A DNA stretch of 59,123 nucleotides, the filler included, from Fonticula-like sp. SCN 57-25 (Eukaryota): NCBI GenBank assembly GCA_001724245.1. It is 4 parts of 4 records of this genome, joined end to end, with 100 filler letters (N's around TTAATTAATTAA, not from the genome) between each part and the next. Parts side by side here need not be neighbours in the genome. Positions count along the whole stretch, not along the records: positions 17,553 to 33,559 come from MEDX01000682.1; positions 33,660 to 49,882 come from MEDX01000683.1; 2 more parts are not named here. One strand, written 5' to 3'. The stretch's first letter is position 1; each line of letters opens with the position of its first letter. The position numbers were made by a program, and so were the translations under genes. Under the pieces are notes generated by a model, which was given only the letters and a program-made list of their open reading frames with translations, was not told the origin of the DNA and did not search any database. Shown here one piece after another: positions 24,687 to 37,514 of the stretch.

Positions 24687-26808
24687 TTACCATACAGACG
24701 AAAGCCAGCCGCCCGCTCGGCTCTGCAGCGACTGCTCGAGCTTGACCTTTTCCTCGCCCGTGAGCTCGAGCACCTGGCCAATAGCGCCAAGCATTTTCTA
24801 AAGACGTATTGTCAGAAAAGATTTAATATAGAGCGCGAAAAAGTACCTTTGCCGTGACGGCGTCGCTCTGCATAAACTTGATCACCAAGTTTTTCAAGTA
24901 CTCTAGATTGTGCATTGTCCGCGACTCGTTCCGCGACAGCCGCTCCACCTCCTCGCGCAACATCTTTTCCGTCTGTGCGAGCCGCTGCGCCTTTTGGTCG
25001 CTGTCGGCAAGCGCCTGCCTCGCCGACGACAGCTGGCTCGCCAGGAGGTTCACCTCGGACTCGTGGCGCGCCTGCCCGACGGCCTCTGAAAACACCGCTT
25101 CATCATTCAATAAAAGATCTGCTAGCGTCTTGTGTGTGCTCCCAGCTGCATCGCGCGTCAGAAATTTGAATAAAAAGTTATGACTCGCACATTGCGTCGA
25201 TGATGCCCGCCTCGTGGCGGCGTCGGCGTCGCTCGCGACAATCACCGCCGCCTGGTTCGCGTCCAGCTGCCGGGTCAGCCGCTCAATCATCTGATTTTTC
25301 TGGTCAATTTCCTCGTCGGCCGACGCGCGCATCCGCTTGGCGTGCTGCTGCAGCTCGTCATACCGCCCAGTCCAATCTGCGCCAACATCAGAAAAAGGCA
25401 CCGCCAAACCAACTGCGTACCGTGAACGATATTGCCGAGCTCGTCGTCCTTGTCGCGTATCTTTTGCTGAAGCACCTGAATAGTCGACTTTGACGCGGCC
25501 ACTTGCCTTCCCTGCTCGATGGTCTGCTGCCTGAGCCGGTCCAGCTCGGCGGCGTATGTGGACACTTGCTGCCGCAGCTCCTCGGCCTCGGCGTCGGCAG
25601 GCTGGCTCAGCGCTCCGGCCAACCGCGCATTCAACGCCTCAACCTGGCTGCGCAGCTGTGCAATAATTGCCGCGTCGCGGCCGCTGGCATCATCTTCTTC
25701 AACGGGCTTGGTGTCCTTTGGCGGCGCGGCGTCGAGGGCCGCCTGCAACTGCGCGATGGTCGCGCGATCCTCCTGCTGGCGCTGCTCGTACACGCCAACC
25801 AGCGCGGCAAATTCAGAGACGCGCTCCTGCGTCTCGAGCCGCGCGCGCTCTTCAACATCGTCGAGCTTTGCGGCCTCGGCGCGCAGCTGCTCGACCTCGT
25901 CCTGAAGCGCGGCCATGCGCTGCTGCGTAGAGATGAGCTGCGTGTTGGCATTGAGAGACGCCTCGAGCTCCGCCTTCATTTGGGCAAGCTCGCGGTGCTC
26001 GTCGTCAAGGCGGGCGCGGTCGCGCTCCATCTGCTCGGCAAGCTGAGCGCGCTCGCCGGCAAGATCGGCCAGCTGGCGGTTGAGCTGCGCCTTGGAAAGC
26101 TTGTCCTGCTCAATAATCGCGGCGAGACGACGCTCGGATTCCTGCTGCCGCTCCTGCGTAGCTTGAAACACTTCTGCGTGCTCGGCGCGCTCAGAGGCAA
26201 GCGTGTCTTCTAGCTCGCGCTTCTCGCGAAGAAGCGCCTCGATCGTTGAGGATCCCTCAGAGGGCGGCGAAGCAGCCGTGCCATTCAATTGCGGGGATGC
26301 AGCAGCAACGGGTGCTCCGAGCATCTTTTCTACAAGCGCGCTTACGGACGCGTACCACGCTTGAAGTGGGTGCGGCGCAGAGCTTGTGAGCGGGTCTGAC
26401 GACGATGTCAATGACGATGCTGCATCGGCAAACGAACGCTGGAGATCTTGCCACTCCTGGCGAATTGCTCCGACATCGGGGGCCTGCTGGGCCTTTCGCA
26501 AAAGATCTTCCTTTTCACCAAGCAGTTTCTTGTACGCTTTTACAGAAGCTACAACGGAGTGTGAGCAACACAAAGAGCGGGCACGGCGGCGTACACGCTA
26601 GCGACTTTTTATAGCGCGCGAGCTCATTGACAAGCTCCCCGTGCTCGTCGCGATCCGAGTCTGCGCTGGTCAGCGCGATCCCTCCCGCAGCATTAACTGG
26701 CGTCCCTACCGGAGCGGACGTCTGTGCAAGCTGTGTCGCCGAGGCGTCGTGCCCTGGCGAGGCTAGCAGCTCGCTCGAGCTAAACTTTTCTACAAAGTTC
26801 TTGAGCAT
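24687..26808 (-). CDS. GCC1: GRIP-domain golgin, GCC1/GCC88-like, multi-exon
   Basis: Long coiled coil. N-terminal VKAYKKLLGEKEDL motif. C-terminal GRIP domain RNESRTMHNLEYLKNLVIKFM...AIGQVLELTGEEK ending ...GGWLSSVW. Confidence 0.75.
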
Positions 26809-27010
26809 CGCCGTGGTCGGGCGGTGTTGTGTGTTGACGTGTAGGTCGTTTCGTAACCGACTTTTACCCGATGCGGCAAAACACGAAACGGAGCAAAATG
26901 ATACCAAATTCAAGACAGTAAAAGCACGCAAATAATGCATAGAAGTGTGTGTTATTTCAAGTACAGTATTGTTCAATATAGTAAGCCCTTCCGGCCGATA
27001 AATAAAGCGC

Positions 27011-29427
27011 CTATATGAGGACGGTCGATACGGCCGACACGCACAGCGAGATATTGTGGACATCGGGAAAGTTGGCCTGTGCCTTCAAGAGCAGCCCCAT
27101 CGCACCCGCTACCTTAAGCGACTTGCACGCGTCTATACAATAATTAGAAACACAAATTAAATAGTGTTTGCGTACCTGGAACGAGCGAAAGAATATAAAG
27201 TATGGCGCATCCGTGCTCCTGGACCGCCGCGCTGCCCGCAAACTTTTTCATGGCATCGGCCGTGCACTCGACCGCCTCGTCCCCAATAAGCAACGCAACA
27301 CTCTCTGGCGCTGTAAAAAAAATCAGCACAGACAAAGAAGAAGAAAAAACGCACAGCAATTGCACAAATGGCGGACGACGACGAGCGCTTGTTCAGCAAC
27401 TGCAGCGTCCTTTCCCCCTTTTAAAACCGCAAGCACCGCCCTATGAACTCCCGCCTGCACGATAGCATCGCCATTAGCTGGCAGTGAAGACAGGTTCTTG
27501 AGCAGCCAGCACGCCTCGCGCTGCAGTCCCGTGGCCGCCGGAAAGGCGCGAAGAGCGTCGCCGACAAGCTCGTGGACGCGGCACGGCGGCTGCGCGAGCA
27601 TCGCCTTTGCCTCGGCTGCAGAAAAAATTAGAAAAGATATTTATAAATTAATCGCCGCACAGTTGATGACAATGTTGCTGAGCGCGCCGGCTGCCTTTTC
27701 GAGCATGGCGTGCTCGCGCGGAAAAGCGCGCATCGCCGCCACAATATCGTCATGGGCGCCAATCTGCACAAGCGCCTCCTTGTGCTCGGCTGCTCCACAT
27801 CAGCAAAAAGTAAATGTATTGTTTATTCGCACCAGTAAGCGCGAGCGACTTGAATGCGGCGCAGCACTGCTCGATGACTGCTGGTGCTCCGCCGTGAAGC
27901 TTCATGACGCGCTGAACGCGCCGATGCGCCTCGTGGAACCTCACTAGCATTCGCCCATTGGCCACTGCGCATTGTCAACAAACAAATACATCTTTCAAAT
28001 AGGCGCACCGTTGGCGGCGAGTCTTCCGATGGCGCCGACGGCGGACTGTGCGACGCGCGAGTCGGTCTGAAACGCATCAAGGCACTGCAAAATCGCGTCG
28101 TGCGCGCAGTGCGGCGGCCTCATGAGGAGTTCCTTGGCGTCGCGGTCCAGCCCAATAAGGCGCAGCGCGTCGCAAGCAATCGACTGCAGACGCGCGTCTG
28201 TCGGAAACTGTCGCATGGCGGCAAGCACGGGCTCGTGAACGGCCGCCGGCGGTTCAATTACGGCGCGAAGGCGGTCCGCGCGACGGCCGCTTAAAAGGCA
28301 GCAAAGCGCTTCAAGGCCGACCGTCTGTGTCGCAAGAGACGCCGCGTGGCAGCGCAGCGCAGACGAGACGGCAAGCAGCGCGCCACCGGCAACCTCGCGG
28401 TCAACCTGCTCAAGCGCTGATTGAAGCATTAGATAGAGGGGACACGAACGTTTATCGTACTCAGCGCAGTGTAGTATCGCAAGCTCGACTCAACCGCAGC
28501 CGGCGCATCAGACTTTTGTCCATCAGACTTGATATTTTCAGACTTGGAGTCAATCAAGTTGGCACGCATGTCATGGTGCTTTGGAGGTTCGTAAAGGTCC
28601 GGCACTATTTGAGCACGCTCACTGCATACAAATTGGCCTCCCGCGTCGTCGAGTCGCTCGATGATGGACGCAAAGGACGGCCGGTCTGCGGCGATCTGGC
28701 TCCACGCGTCGGTCATGAGTCGGTGTAGAAGAGGGTGGCAGTCGTTGGGAACAGGCGGCCGCTTGCCGACTGCCACGCGGCCAGCGACGACGCCCGCGCT
28801 GAGCCCGGCGTACGGCAGCTCGCCCGTGGCGATTTCCCATAAAACGATGCCGTAGCTGTAGGTGTCGCAGGCGGTCGTGTACCGCGGCGTGTCGTCGACA
28901 AAGAGCTCAGGGGCCGCCCATTGGATGGAAACGCGGCGGCTCTCGCGGGATCGCGTCGACGACACGGCCTTGGAAAGGCCAAAGTCGGCCACGCGCGCGA
29001 CATTGTGCGCGCTGATGAGGACGTTGGCAGACTTTAGATCGCCGTGCAGGATCGGCGGCTTTTGGTAGTGCAGGTAGTTCATGCCGCGGGCAATGTGGCG
29101 CGCCCACTCGAGACGGACGTCGATGCTCGGGCCCTCGCGCAGGACATCGTGGAGCGACCCGCGCTCCATGTACTCTGTCGCGAGAAACATGCCGTCGTCG
29201 GCGAGCGAGTAGGCCATCAGCGTCATGACGTGCGTGTGCCGCAGCATCTCCATGGCGGCAACCTCGCGGCGCATCGCAGCCCGCTCTTCGTCGGGCAATC
29301 GACACTCCACGGTCTGAAGACGCTTCACCGCCCACTTTTCACCCATGAACAGAGCCAGCCATACTTCCCCAAAGCCTCCCACGCCAATTCGGCGAACAAG
29401 CGTGATCTCGCTCAGCGACACCTCCAT
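27011..29427 (-). CDS. TKL protein kinase with C-terminal armadillo-like repeats, multi-exon
   Basis: Kinase motifs IGVGGFGEV, ILHGDLKSANVL, DFG, WAAPE. These are followed by ARM-like repeats (AAMRQFPTDARLQSIACDALRLI, ALRAFPAATGLQREACWLLKNL, AMKKFAGSAAVQEHGCAILYIL). Confidence 0.85.
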
Positions 29428-29572
29428 CGCGGTGAAAAACGCGCGCCAGCCGCCGCCCACATCTTGATCCCGTCATCTTGAGGGGCAGCCAATGCAGACT
29501 TGCGCTGTTTACGTCACACAGGCCGTTTGATTTGCGTCATCCGGTGAGGAGGCAAAAAGGGAGTTTGACGGA

Positions 29573-31190
29573 ATGGGAAACATCGCCGACGAGCTCGCTG
29601 CGGCCCGTGAGCTGGAGCAGACTAACGCTGCCGGCGCGGCTCAGGCCTACAATGCTATTCTAGGCTCCAACCCCAGTGCGTAGCCCAAGGCATTATAGTA
29701 AAGGCGGGGATGGCTAACGCGATCAACAGGTGATGCCACCGAAGCCACGGTTAAGGCCAAGGAGGCCGCGTTCCAGGCGCTCGGCGAGCTCTACTCGCGC
29801 CAAAAGTGCGTTTTTCTATCCTTTCGCAGTGAGCTAGTTGGACTGACCTTTGTTGCTCGCTTTTTTCGCTCTTTCCGTGCTTAGCATGGCCAACGAGATT
29901 GCCGATCTTCTCCAGTCTTCCCGCCCTTTCCTTACGTCCATCTCCAAGGCCAAGGCCGCCAAGCTTGGTGCGCCCCGTGCCCACCCCGCCTCCCTCTCTG
30001 ACGCCTGCTTGTATAGTGAAACTGTTCATTGATCTTTTGTCGACGATCCCCGGCGCGCGCGATCTGCAGATTTCGCTGTGCCGCGATTGCATAGAGTGGA
30101 GCAAGGCGGAGAAGCGCATTTTCTTGCGGCAGTCGCTCGAGACGCGCCTCGCCGCGCTCTACCTGCAGAACCGCCAGTACCACGACGCCGTGGCGCTCAC
30201 CTCGGCGCTGCTTCACGAGCTCAAGAAGCTCGACGACAAGATGCTTCTCGTAGAGGTCCAGCTCCTCGAGAGCCGCGTCTTCCTCGAGCTCAAAAACTAT
30301 TCAAAGTCGCGCGTGCGTAAATTATACATTTTGTTGATGTTTTGTGTCACCTTTATGCCCTATTTTGCGCTTTTCTGACGTTTTCTTCTAGGCCTCGTTG
30401 ACGACCGCTCGCTCTGCTGCCAACTCGATCTACTGCCCGCCCCTGATGCAGGCCGAGCTCGACATGCAGTCTGGCATTCTCCACGCGCAGGACAAGGACT
30501 TTAAGACTGCCTACTCTTACTTTTTCGAGTCGCTTGAAGGCTTCTCCACGCGGGAGGACACGAATGCCATGCTCGCCCTCAAGTACATGCTCCTCTGCAA
30601 GGTGATGCTGAACCTTGCCGACGACATTGCGTCCATCATGCACACCAAGACTGCGATCCGCTTTGCCGGCCCCGACGTTGACGCCATGCGCGCCGTCGCC
30701 GCCGCCGCCAAGAACCGCTCGCTGCACGACTTTGACGCCGCCCTCGCAAAGTACAAGGCCGAGCTCCAGGACGACCCCATCATCCGCTCGCACCTCGCGC
30801 AGCTCCACAACAAGCTCATGCAGGAGAACCTCAAGCGCATCATCGAGCCGTTTTCGCGCGTCGAGATCGCTCACATCGCCCAGCTGATCGGCCTCGACAT
30901 TAACGTCGTCGAGTCAAAGTACGACATGAGTACATGTTTTTGAGAAAACTGACAATTTTGCCGTAGGATTTCGCAGATGATTCTCGACAAGGAGTTCCTC
31001 GGAATTGTCGACCAGGGCGCTGGGTGCCTCATCGTGTTCGAGGAGCCCGCTGTCGACGTACGCAGACTGGTTTTTATCAATGTCACGCTAATGATTGCCA
31101 TAGAAAACGTACGATGCGGCGCTGTCCACAATGTCGAGCATGAACAATGTCGTCGACGCGCTCTTTGTCAAGGCGAGCAAGCTGTCCTAA
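29573..31190 (+). CDS. PSMD11: 26S proteasome regulatory subunit RPN6/PSMD11, multi-exon
   Basis: [45 protein letters not shown], and the PCI domain [15 protein letters not shown]...SQMILDK. Confidence 0.95.
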
Positions 31191-31381
31191 GCCCGCCTAG
31201 ACGCGCGCGCTTCTCTTTGTGAAACAGAATAATATATATTGGCATAACATGAACGTCACTTGGCTCCAATTCAGACTGACTTTACGAAGAAATAGATGCA
31301 ATATGGTCTGGTTAACGGCAAGTTTCCTGATCGTAATAGTTCTCATTTCGTTTTATTGTACAAGGTGTGTGAAACAAGCGG

Positions 31382-31985
31382 CTAGAGCTCGCCGCACTGC
31401 ACGATAACGACGTCGACGCGCGGCTTGCTGTTGGCGCCGACGGGGACGTTTTCGATCTTGCGGAGTGTCAGCATGCTCTCGTCGCCGAGCACCTTTCCAA
31501 ACACAACGTGCTTGCCGTCCAAAAAGTCGCACTTTGTGCACGTGATAAAGAACTGGCAGCCGTTCGTGTTCGGGCCAGTGTTGGCCATCGACAGGTAGCC
31601 GGCGCCAGAATGCTTCACCTTGAAATTTTCATCGCCAAAGTACTCGCCGCGGCCGAAAATGTTCATCGAGCCTTTCCCGTCGCCGCTCACAAAGTCGCCG
31701 CCCTGAACCATAAAGTCTTTAATTACACTAATAAACAAATGAACTAGTGAGTGAAGAGCGCAACAGGAAAAGGACGGCGTACCGGAAAAAGGTGCTGTCC
31801 TTGTAGCCTCTTGGCACGCCGCTGATCCGATGCTCGCCGGTGCAAAATTGGCGGAAATTCTCTGCAGTTTGCGGGACAATGTCGGCGAAAAGCTCCATCT
31901 TGATGCGCCCGATAGGGGCGCCCGCAATGGCGACATCAAAGAACACAATAGGGTTCTGCGGGTTGGACGGAACCCCGGACGACAT
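31382..31985 (-). CDS. PPIH: Cyclophilin H (spliceosomal PPIase), two exons
   Basis: NPIVFFDV...[24 protein letters not shown]...[11 protein letters not shown]...[27 protein letters not shown]...[12 protein letters not shown]. Confidence 0.92.
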
Positions 31986-32023
31986 GGCAGCGATCGTTTC
32001 ACCTGCACAAGTCACAAAGAAGA

Positions 32024-32059
32024 TGCAAACTGCAAACTGAGAACTGCAAACTGCAAACT
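32024..32059. repeat. Short 7-bp tandem repeat (TGCAAAC)n between the divergent PPIH and Tat-like genes
   Basis: tgcaaac tgcaaac tgagaac tgcaaac tgcaaac. Confidence 0.8.
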
Positions 32060-32107
32060 AATCGTCTGTCGCCGCTGTGCCGCACTGGTGCCGCACCCAC
32101 CTCCAAG

Positions 32108-32356
32108 ATGCTGCAGCGTGCCGCGTTTCGGTTCTCGCCGCGGGCGCAGATGCCCATGAGCTTTGGCGAGGTTGTCGTCATTGGCACTGTCGCGGCCATT
32201 GTGTTTGTCGGGCCGCAAAAGATTATCCCCCGCATCGCCGAGGCGATCCGCATGACCAAGGACATGACCAAGGACGGCGGCGAGGCCGGCAAGCCCGAGG
32301 CCGAGAAGCCCAAGGAGGAGGCCAAGAAGAACATCGAGAAGACGGACCACGTATGA
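32108..32356 (+). CDS. TatA/TatB-family twin-arginine translocase subunit with a putative mitochondrial presequence
   Basis: MLQRAAFRFSPRAQ (Arg-rich, no acidic residues) precedes MSFGEVVVIGTVAAIVFVGPQKIIPRIAEAIR: short TM helix, GP hinge, amphipathic helix, then a charged tail. Codon usage is host-like. Confidence 0.75.
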   Translation: MLQRAAFRFSPRAQMPMSFGEVVVIGTVAAIVFVGPQKIIPRIAEAIRMTKDMTKDGGEAGKPEAEKPKEEAKKNIEKTDHV

Positions 32357-33559
32357 ACTATCGACAATGTTTGAGTATATTTTTCCTGACTGAAGCGGAT
32401 TCGCAGTGACACGTTGCAATGTCGTCTGTCGTCCCATTTCTGCCGCATATCATCCCTTTGTCGTACATGAATTTCGCTTTCAGATGTTGTCCACTGTCTG
32501 TACATTCGTATTTCTCCTTTGCTTGAGACAATACATTAATTATGAATTGATTTGACCTGTTCAGAACATGAGCATGCGCTCGTACGCGTTCCGACGCAAC
32601 CATATTTGGCTCAAGCGGTGCGTGGTCATGAACCGCAACGCACCTGCGCACCTGCCAAAAAACTACTGCTCTGTGTACATACATACACACGTGTATGGCA
32701 GTATTGTTAGAAAAATAACTATGCAAAAACAATAATGTACGGAATACAGTATCGGCTGAGCGTAATGATGCAGACTCATGCTCAAACGCCTTTCGTGACT
32801 TTTCTATTGAAATCGTTGTCCAACGCCGAGTTCACTTCACAATAAGAATTACACATATAAAAGGCATTCACTGCGGCGTTGAACGCCCATAGTCTTTAAG
32901 CAAAACTATGAAAGACGGCAAGGACAACGTCGCACACATTTTTGGTCACGTGATAATTTTGTGTTATTTTTCGTGGGGTATATTGCGTATTCCTCTCCTT
33001 GGAAAGTGAAATATATGAAAATTTACAGTCTTATAGAGCTATACAAGGCTCATATTATGACATTAAAAACACACCACCTTAATCGAGAAAAATTAGAGAA
33101 ATCTTCCAAAACGTCTCCCGAAATTTTTGATCATAACCAAAGTTCCATCAGAGCAAGTTCATCCCATATGACTCTCACTGACAACTTTACTTCAGAATGT
33201 GACGTCCACGTGCGCGGCGTTTTTTCATATTTCTGGCGTGTTTTCCATCATCTATCATACCATATATCAATGTACATTATTGAATGTGACATCCAACACG
33301 TGTTTTCCATCTTTTCATCATCTTTTATCGCTATTTTATCATCTATTTTATGGCACATCAGACACAAAAATGCTCACCTTTTCTGCCTTTCCCACATAGT
33401 TCATCATTTAATATGCTTCCATTTATAGTTTTATTCTCACGTGCGGCTACAATTATTCAGTAGGGGCGGTACATTTCACCGCCCCATTCTGCGGTCGTGC
33501 AGGCCTCATGACTCTCGGCAACGGGACGACCAACGGTGCTGAGAGCATGAACAGCAGCA

Positions 33560-33659
33560 NNNNNNNNNNNNNNNNNNNNNNNNNNNNNNNNNNNNNNNNN
33601 NNNTTAATTAATTAANNNNNNNNNNNNNNNNNNNNNNNNNNNNNNNNNNNNNNNNNNNN
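33560..33659. other. Artificial contig spacer
   Basis: N-run containing TTAATTAATTAA. Confidence 0.97.
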
Positions 33660-34730
33660 CCGCCACCACAAGCGCCAACGCGGTCGAGCGCGAACAATGA
33701 ATCATGATGCTTGTCGAGGATTGCCAGGCGAAGGAGAGTGGCAAGGAACGTGGCGCAAAAGACGGTCGCATGCCCCGTTTTATACCTCAGCTGTGGGGAG
33801 AGCCCCAACCCCCCGAAAGCCTTTGCTAAAAGTAGCAACGTTGCCCTCGTTGGAGGCCAATGGCGGCGTTTATCCCCCGCGCAACTGGACTTTGCAAATG
33901 AGATGGAGTGGCTTTGCATTGTTCTAGAAAGGAGGGCAATGTGATCATGCGTCCGTATGGGCGTGTAGCTCGCCGTGGGAAAACCGAGTCTTTACGTTTT
34001 ATCGCTCCTGGGCCATCGCAGATCGTCATCGCATCATCGCTTCATCGCGGATCTTCGCCATCGCCAATCTTGCCTGCTGATGCTACGTTGGATTTGTCAC
34101 CGGCTTAGGATTCCACGATATTCCCCATCGGCTTCCTCCTTTACGCGACGTCCAACGGCGAGGATGTCCTCGCGATCACGGCCACAGGCAACAGCATTGC
34201 GAACGATCCGAGGCGGCTCTTTTCACTCTTGAACATTGTGGTTCTATTCACCTCGTAAGCTCGCTCGTGTGGCAACGTCCATGTCCAAGTGAGCAGGGCT
34301 GCCGACTGCGGGCAGCCGTGCAATGCCAAGCTGCCGATAGCCATCGCGTGCAGAACAAAAATCATCGCACGCGACGTGTTGGACAGTAGGACTCGGGACT
34401 TTTATGGGACGCTTAGTTCGTCTATATAACGTCAACACTCTCCCGCCATTACCGATTCTCGGCGGATTCGCGCGCGGACTTTAGGACTGATGCGGTTCAT
34501 CTGACTGCTCAAGCTGTGCAACAGTGTGTATCCCTGAATCCTTTTTACTGAATCTTTGCGAATATAATAATATGCTGGTCCCATATTCCATTACCAGTCT
34601 GACCTGGCACAAACTTGCCCCCCGTAATCAAAAACCGCCCATTGGTTGCGTTGCCTAGCCGTAAATAGAAACCGTCTGCCCGAGTTTTCTTTTCTCTTTC
34701 CCTATGTCCTTTCCTCCCTCGTCGCCAGTA

Positions 34731-35231
34731 ATGGCATCCAAGTGGGGCATCCTCGCGGCGTTGGCGGTGCTGCTAGCCTTTCGCTGTGTACCTGTGTCGG
34801 CGTCCGACCAGTGCTTGTGCCAGTGCTGCAACTACAACCAGCAGTCCTGCGTTACGCCAAATGTCATTAACAATGTGGAGTGCGGTGATCCTGAACATTG
34901 CAGTAAGGAGGTGTGCAACCGCAGGTTCTCTTGCGACATGTACCAGTTCCCCATCATGTTTGCCAGCTGCGTTAACGACGACAGTGTCTGCGACACGGTC
35001 GATTCTCCGGCGTGTTACCACGGGCTTTTACCATGGCAGGTGAAGGCGATCAGCATCTCGGTTGTCTTGATTGTCGTTATAGCAGCAGCGGCAGGAGGCT
35101 TCGTGTACTACCGTCGCCGCAAGGCGAACCGTGTGGCCCTCGCTGTCGCCACGTCGTCGCCGTACGAGGAGAGCGATGCCGCCTACACAAAGATTTCGGA
35201 CGACCCGAACTACGACATCGTCAAAGTCTAG
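34731..35231 (+). CDS. Small Cys-rich type I membrane protein (cassette copy 1)
   Basis: Signal peptide, 12-Cys ectodomain, TM helix, RRRK stop-transfer and Tyr-containing tail. Intronless. Paralog at 51471-51968. Confidence 0.85.
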   Translation: MASKWGILAALAVLLAFRCVPVSASDQCLCQCCNYNQQSCVTPNVINNVECGDPEHCSKEVCNRRFSCDMYQFPIMFASCVNDDSVCDTVDSPACYHGLLPWQVKAISISVVLIVVIAAAAGGFVYYRRRKANRVALAVATSSPYEESDAAYTKISDDPNYDIVKV

Positions 35232-35332
35232 CGCGGCTCTGGCGCAGCTTACAGTTGTTTGTATGTATAAAGATTCTCTAGCTACAAATAAACAACGGTA
35301 GCCGCTTTCGCGCTCTCGCAACGCTTCTCTCC

Positions 35333-35740
35333 ATGGTTCAAATAGCCGGAATTGACGTTGGTGTCCGTAACCTCGCGATCACCGTCGCGGAAATAGACGT
35401 CCACGACGGCGCCGCTTGGGCACATGGATCCACAATCCATCACGTGGAGAACATTGATCTCCTCGAGAACAACGGCCTGGAGGTGGGTAACAGCAACGCC
35501 GTCTCGCTCGACCGTATGTACGCCATGTGCACCGCGGCCCTGTGGAATAGCGCATCAATATCTTTAGGGGCAATCGTCCTAGAACTGTGGTCACTGTATA
35601 AGCGCGCACGGCGACGCAGCGCAACGTCCTATGCGCCGAGGCGCCGTGCACCAGACGCCAAATGGCTTGTTGAACTGCAAAGAGTGAGGCCCCTTCGCCC
35701 TCTCATCACCTCCCAAACGGAGGCGTCAATGAACGTCTGA
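35333..35740 (+). pseudogene. Truncated RuvC-like Holliday junction resolvase (poxvirus A22/Cce1-Ydc2-like N-terminus)
   Basis: MVQIAGIDVGVRNLAITV...IHHVENIDLL. The C-terminal acidic motif is not visible. Confidence 0.55.
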
Positions 35741-36490
35741 TGTCAAAGCAATTTGAAAGTGCACTCGAGTCGTGCTACGTACTGTCACAATTCACCTTTC
35801 CATAAAGAATAGCAGAAATGCGCCTTGGACGCGTAGACGAACCACGCAAGAATACGAAATGATTATGCGCGAATTACTTTGTGCGAGCAGAGCAGTGGGG
35901 TAATAGTAGTGCCACTGCCCCACAAAGACCAAAGGCCCTGCCCCAGCCGTGAACGCCGACGAAAGTGGTACCTGTCTACCGACTTTGCGGTAGTACTTGA
36001 AACAGTCAGAAAATTGGTTCAGCCGCAAGCAACTCGCCATTTCTCGCCATCTGACCACTTCTGGCGCCCACCGCCTTTCCCTCAGTCAACACATTTAAAT
36101 GCTCCTCTGCCTCGACGAACAAACTCAAACCGTCAGCCTTGACACGTCGCCGATATCAGGCGCACCAGCGCTAGGTACTGGAGGAGGCCGACAAATAACA
36201 TGCCGACGCAGCGGTGTGTACGACTGCAGTAACCATGTCCCATTGACACCACCGAACTTGCTAGGATGTTTGAAAGTGAAGATGGCATGCACGCCCTCGG
36301 TCACGGAAGCCTTGCCACTTAAGCACGTCCACATTGTACCGACTCGTAAGAACCATGCTCTTTTTAGTCGGGTATCACCACCATACTGCCCTTGCAGTGA
36401 ATGATCATCGATTATCAACAAAGCATAAAAATTACAGAATGGCTCTTTATTGAGGAAATACACGTATTCGTTACTGCGTGCCCGTTTCTC

Positions 36491-37233
36491 TCAGCGGTAC
36501 TCGGCCGCATCCTCCTCGTCGCCAGAGACGTCAGAGTCCTCGGCCGCACCGCCGGAAGGCGCATCGCTCGAGTGATGCTTACGCACATGCTTGCCGAGCG
36601 CACCCTGGTTGCTGTACGTTTTATCACACTCGCTGCAGGAAAGCCTTTTCGATGAGGCCGCGCGTTTCTTGGCGGTGCTGCTCGTCGTCCGCGAAGCTGC
36701 GCGTTTCCTCGCCGGCGTTTGCGGTGCTGATGGCGCCGCCGGCTCCGCGGGCGAACCTGCCTGGTTGACGACAGGCGAGCGGGCGATCTCCGTCGTCGGC
36801 AACCCCTGCTCCGCCTGCTGGGGGGTGGCAACCGTGGTCCTCACCGCAGATAAAGCATTCGGGGTCCGCACAGCAGATGAAGCATACTGGGTGCGCACAG
36901 GGAGTGCAGCTTCCGTTGGGACGGAAGGTTGAGATCTAGACGACAGTCGCTTTTCAAGATTGTAGAGCTCGGCAGAGACAGCAAAAAGAAGATCCTCCTC
37001 CTCGGCATTCTGCCCAAATCCTTTTTCAACTCGAGCGACGACCGCGCTCAGGCTATCGCGCAGCACGCGCAAGGCAAAAGCTGTTCTTGCCTCCTGCATC
37101 TGCTCAACCTGTGCTCAACGAAAAACAACGGAAAGAGAACGGCGCGGTGACGTGATTGGTCGGCTCGGTTTGCGCGCCAAATCCACAAAATGAATCCCCA
37201 TCAAATTCCTTGTGACCCAAGGTTTTGGGGACA
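36491..37233 (-). CDS. Single C2H2 zinc-finger protein (cassette copy 1)
   Basis: CSECDKTYSNQGALGKHVRKHH after a basic NLS-like region. The 5' part is interrupted by a stop relative to copy 2 (intron or lesion). Confidence 0.65.
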
Positions 37234-37514
37234 TACTCTACTAATGAAAATGTGACCTACTTTGAGCGCATGCTAGGCTTCGTTTGACGAATGAACTACC
37301 CAGAAACGACTCTTGACGAACTAATGGGTTGGACTCCGACTGCTAAATCAACTGACCTTGCATTGTCAATTTACAATATTAACACTTTATTTCGCGTTTA
37401 ATGCGAATTGCATGACAAAGACGGATGTTGTCCTCCCAGCGAACGGTAATTTCTTGCTGCGCCAAGTAATGGTGGAGTTGCACACAACTAAAAAACCCAT
37501 CCCACCTGTACCAC

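Noticed and set aside
29573-31190. Fragmented ORFs suggesting frameshifting or an alternative genetic code
   Set aside because: The breaks examined in conserved genes are explained by short GT-AG introns with branch-point-like CTRAC motifs.
33463-33485. GC-rich hairpin GGGGCGGT-N7-ACCGCCCC as a Helitron 3' end
   Set aside because: No correctly placed CTRR terminus and no Rep/helicase sequence nearby.
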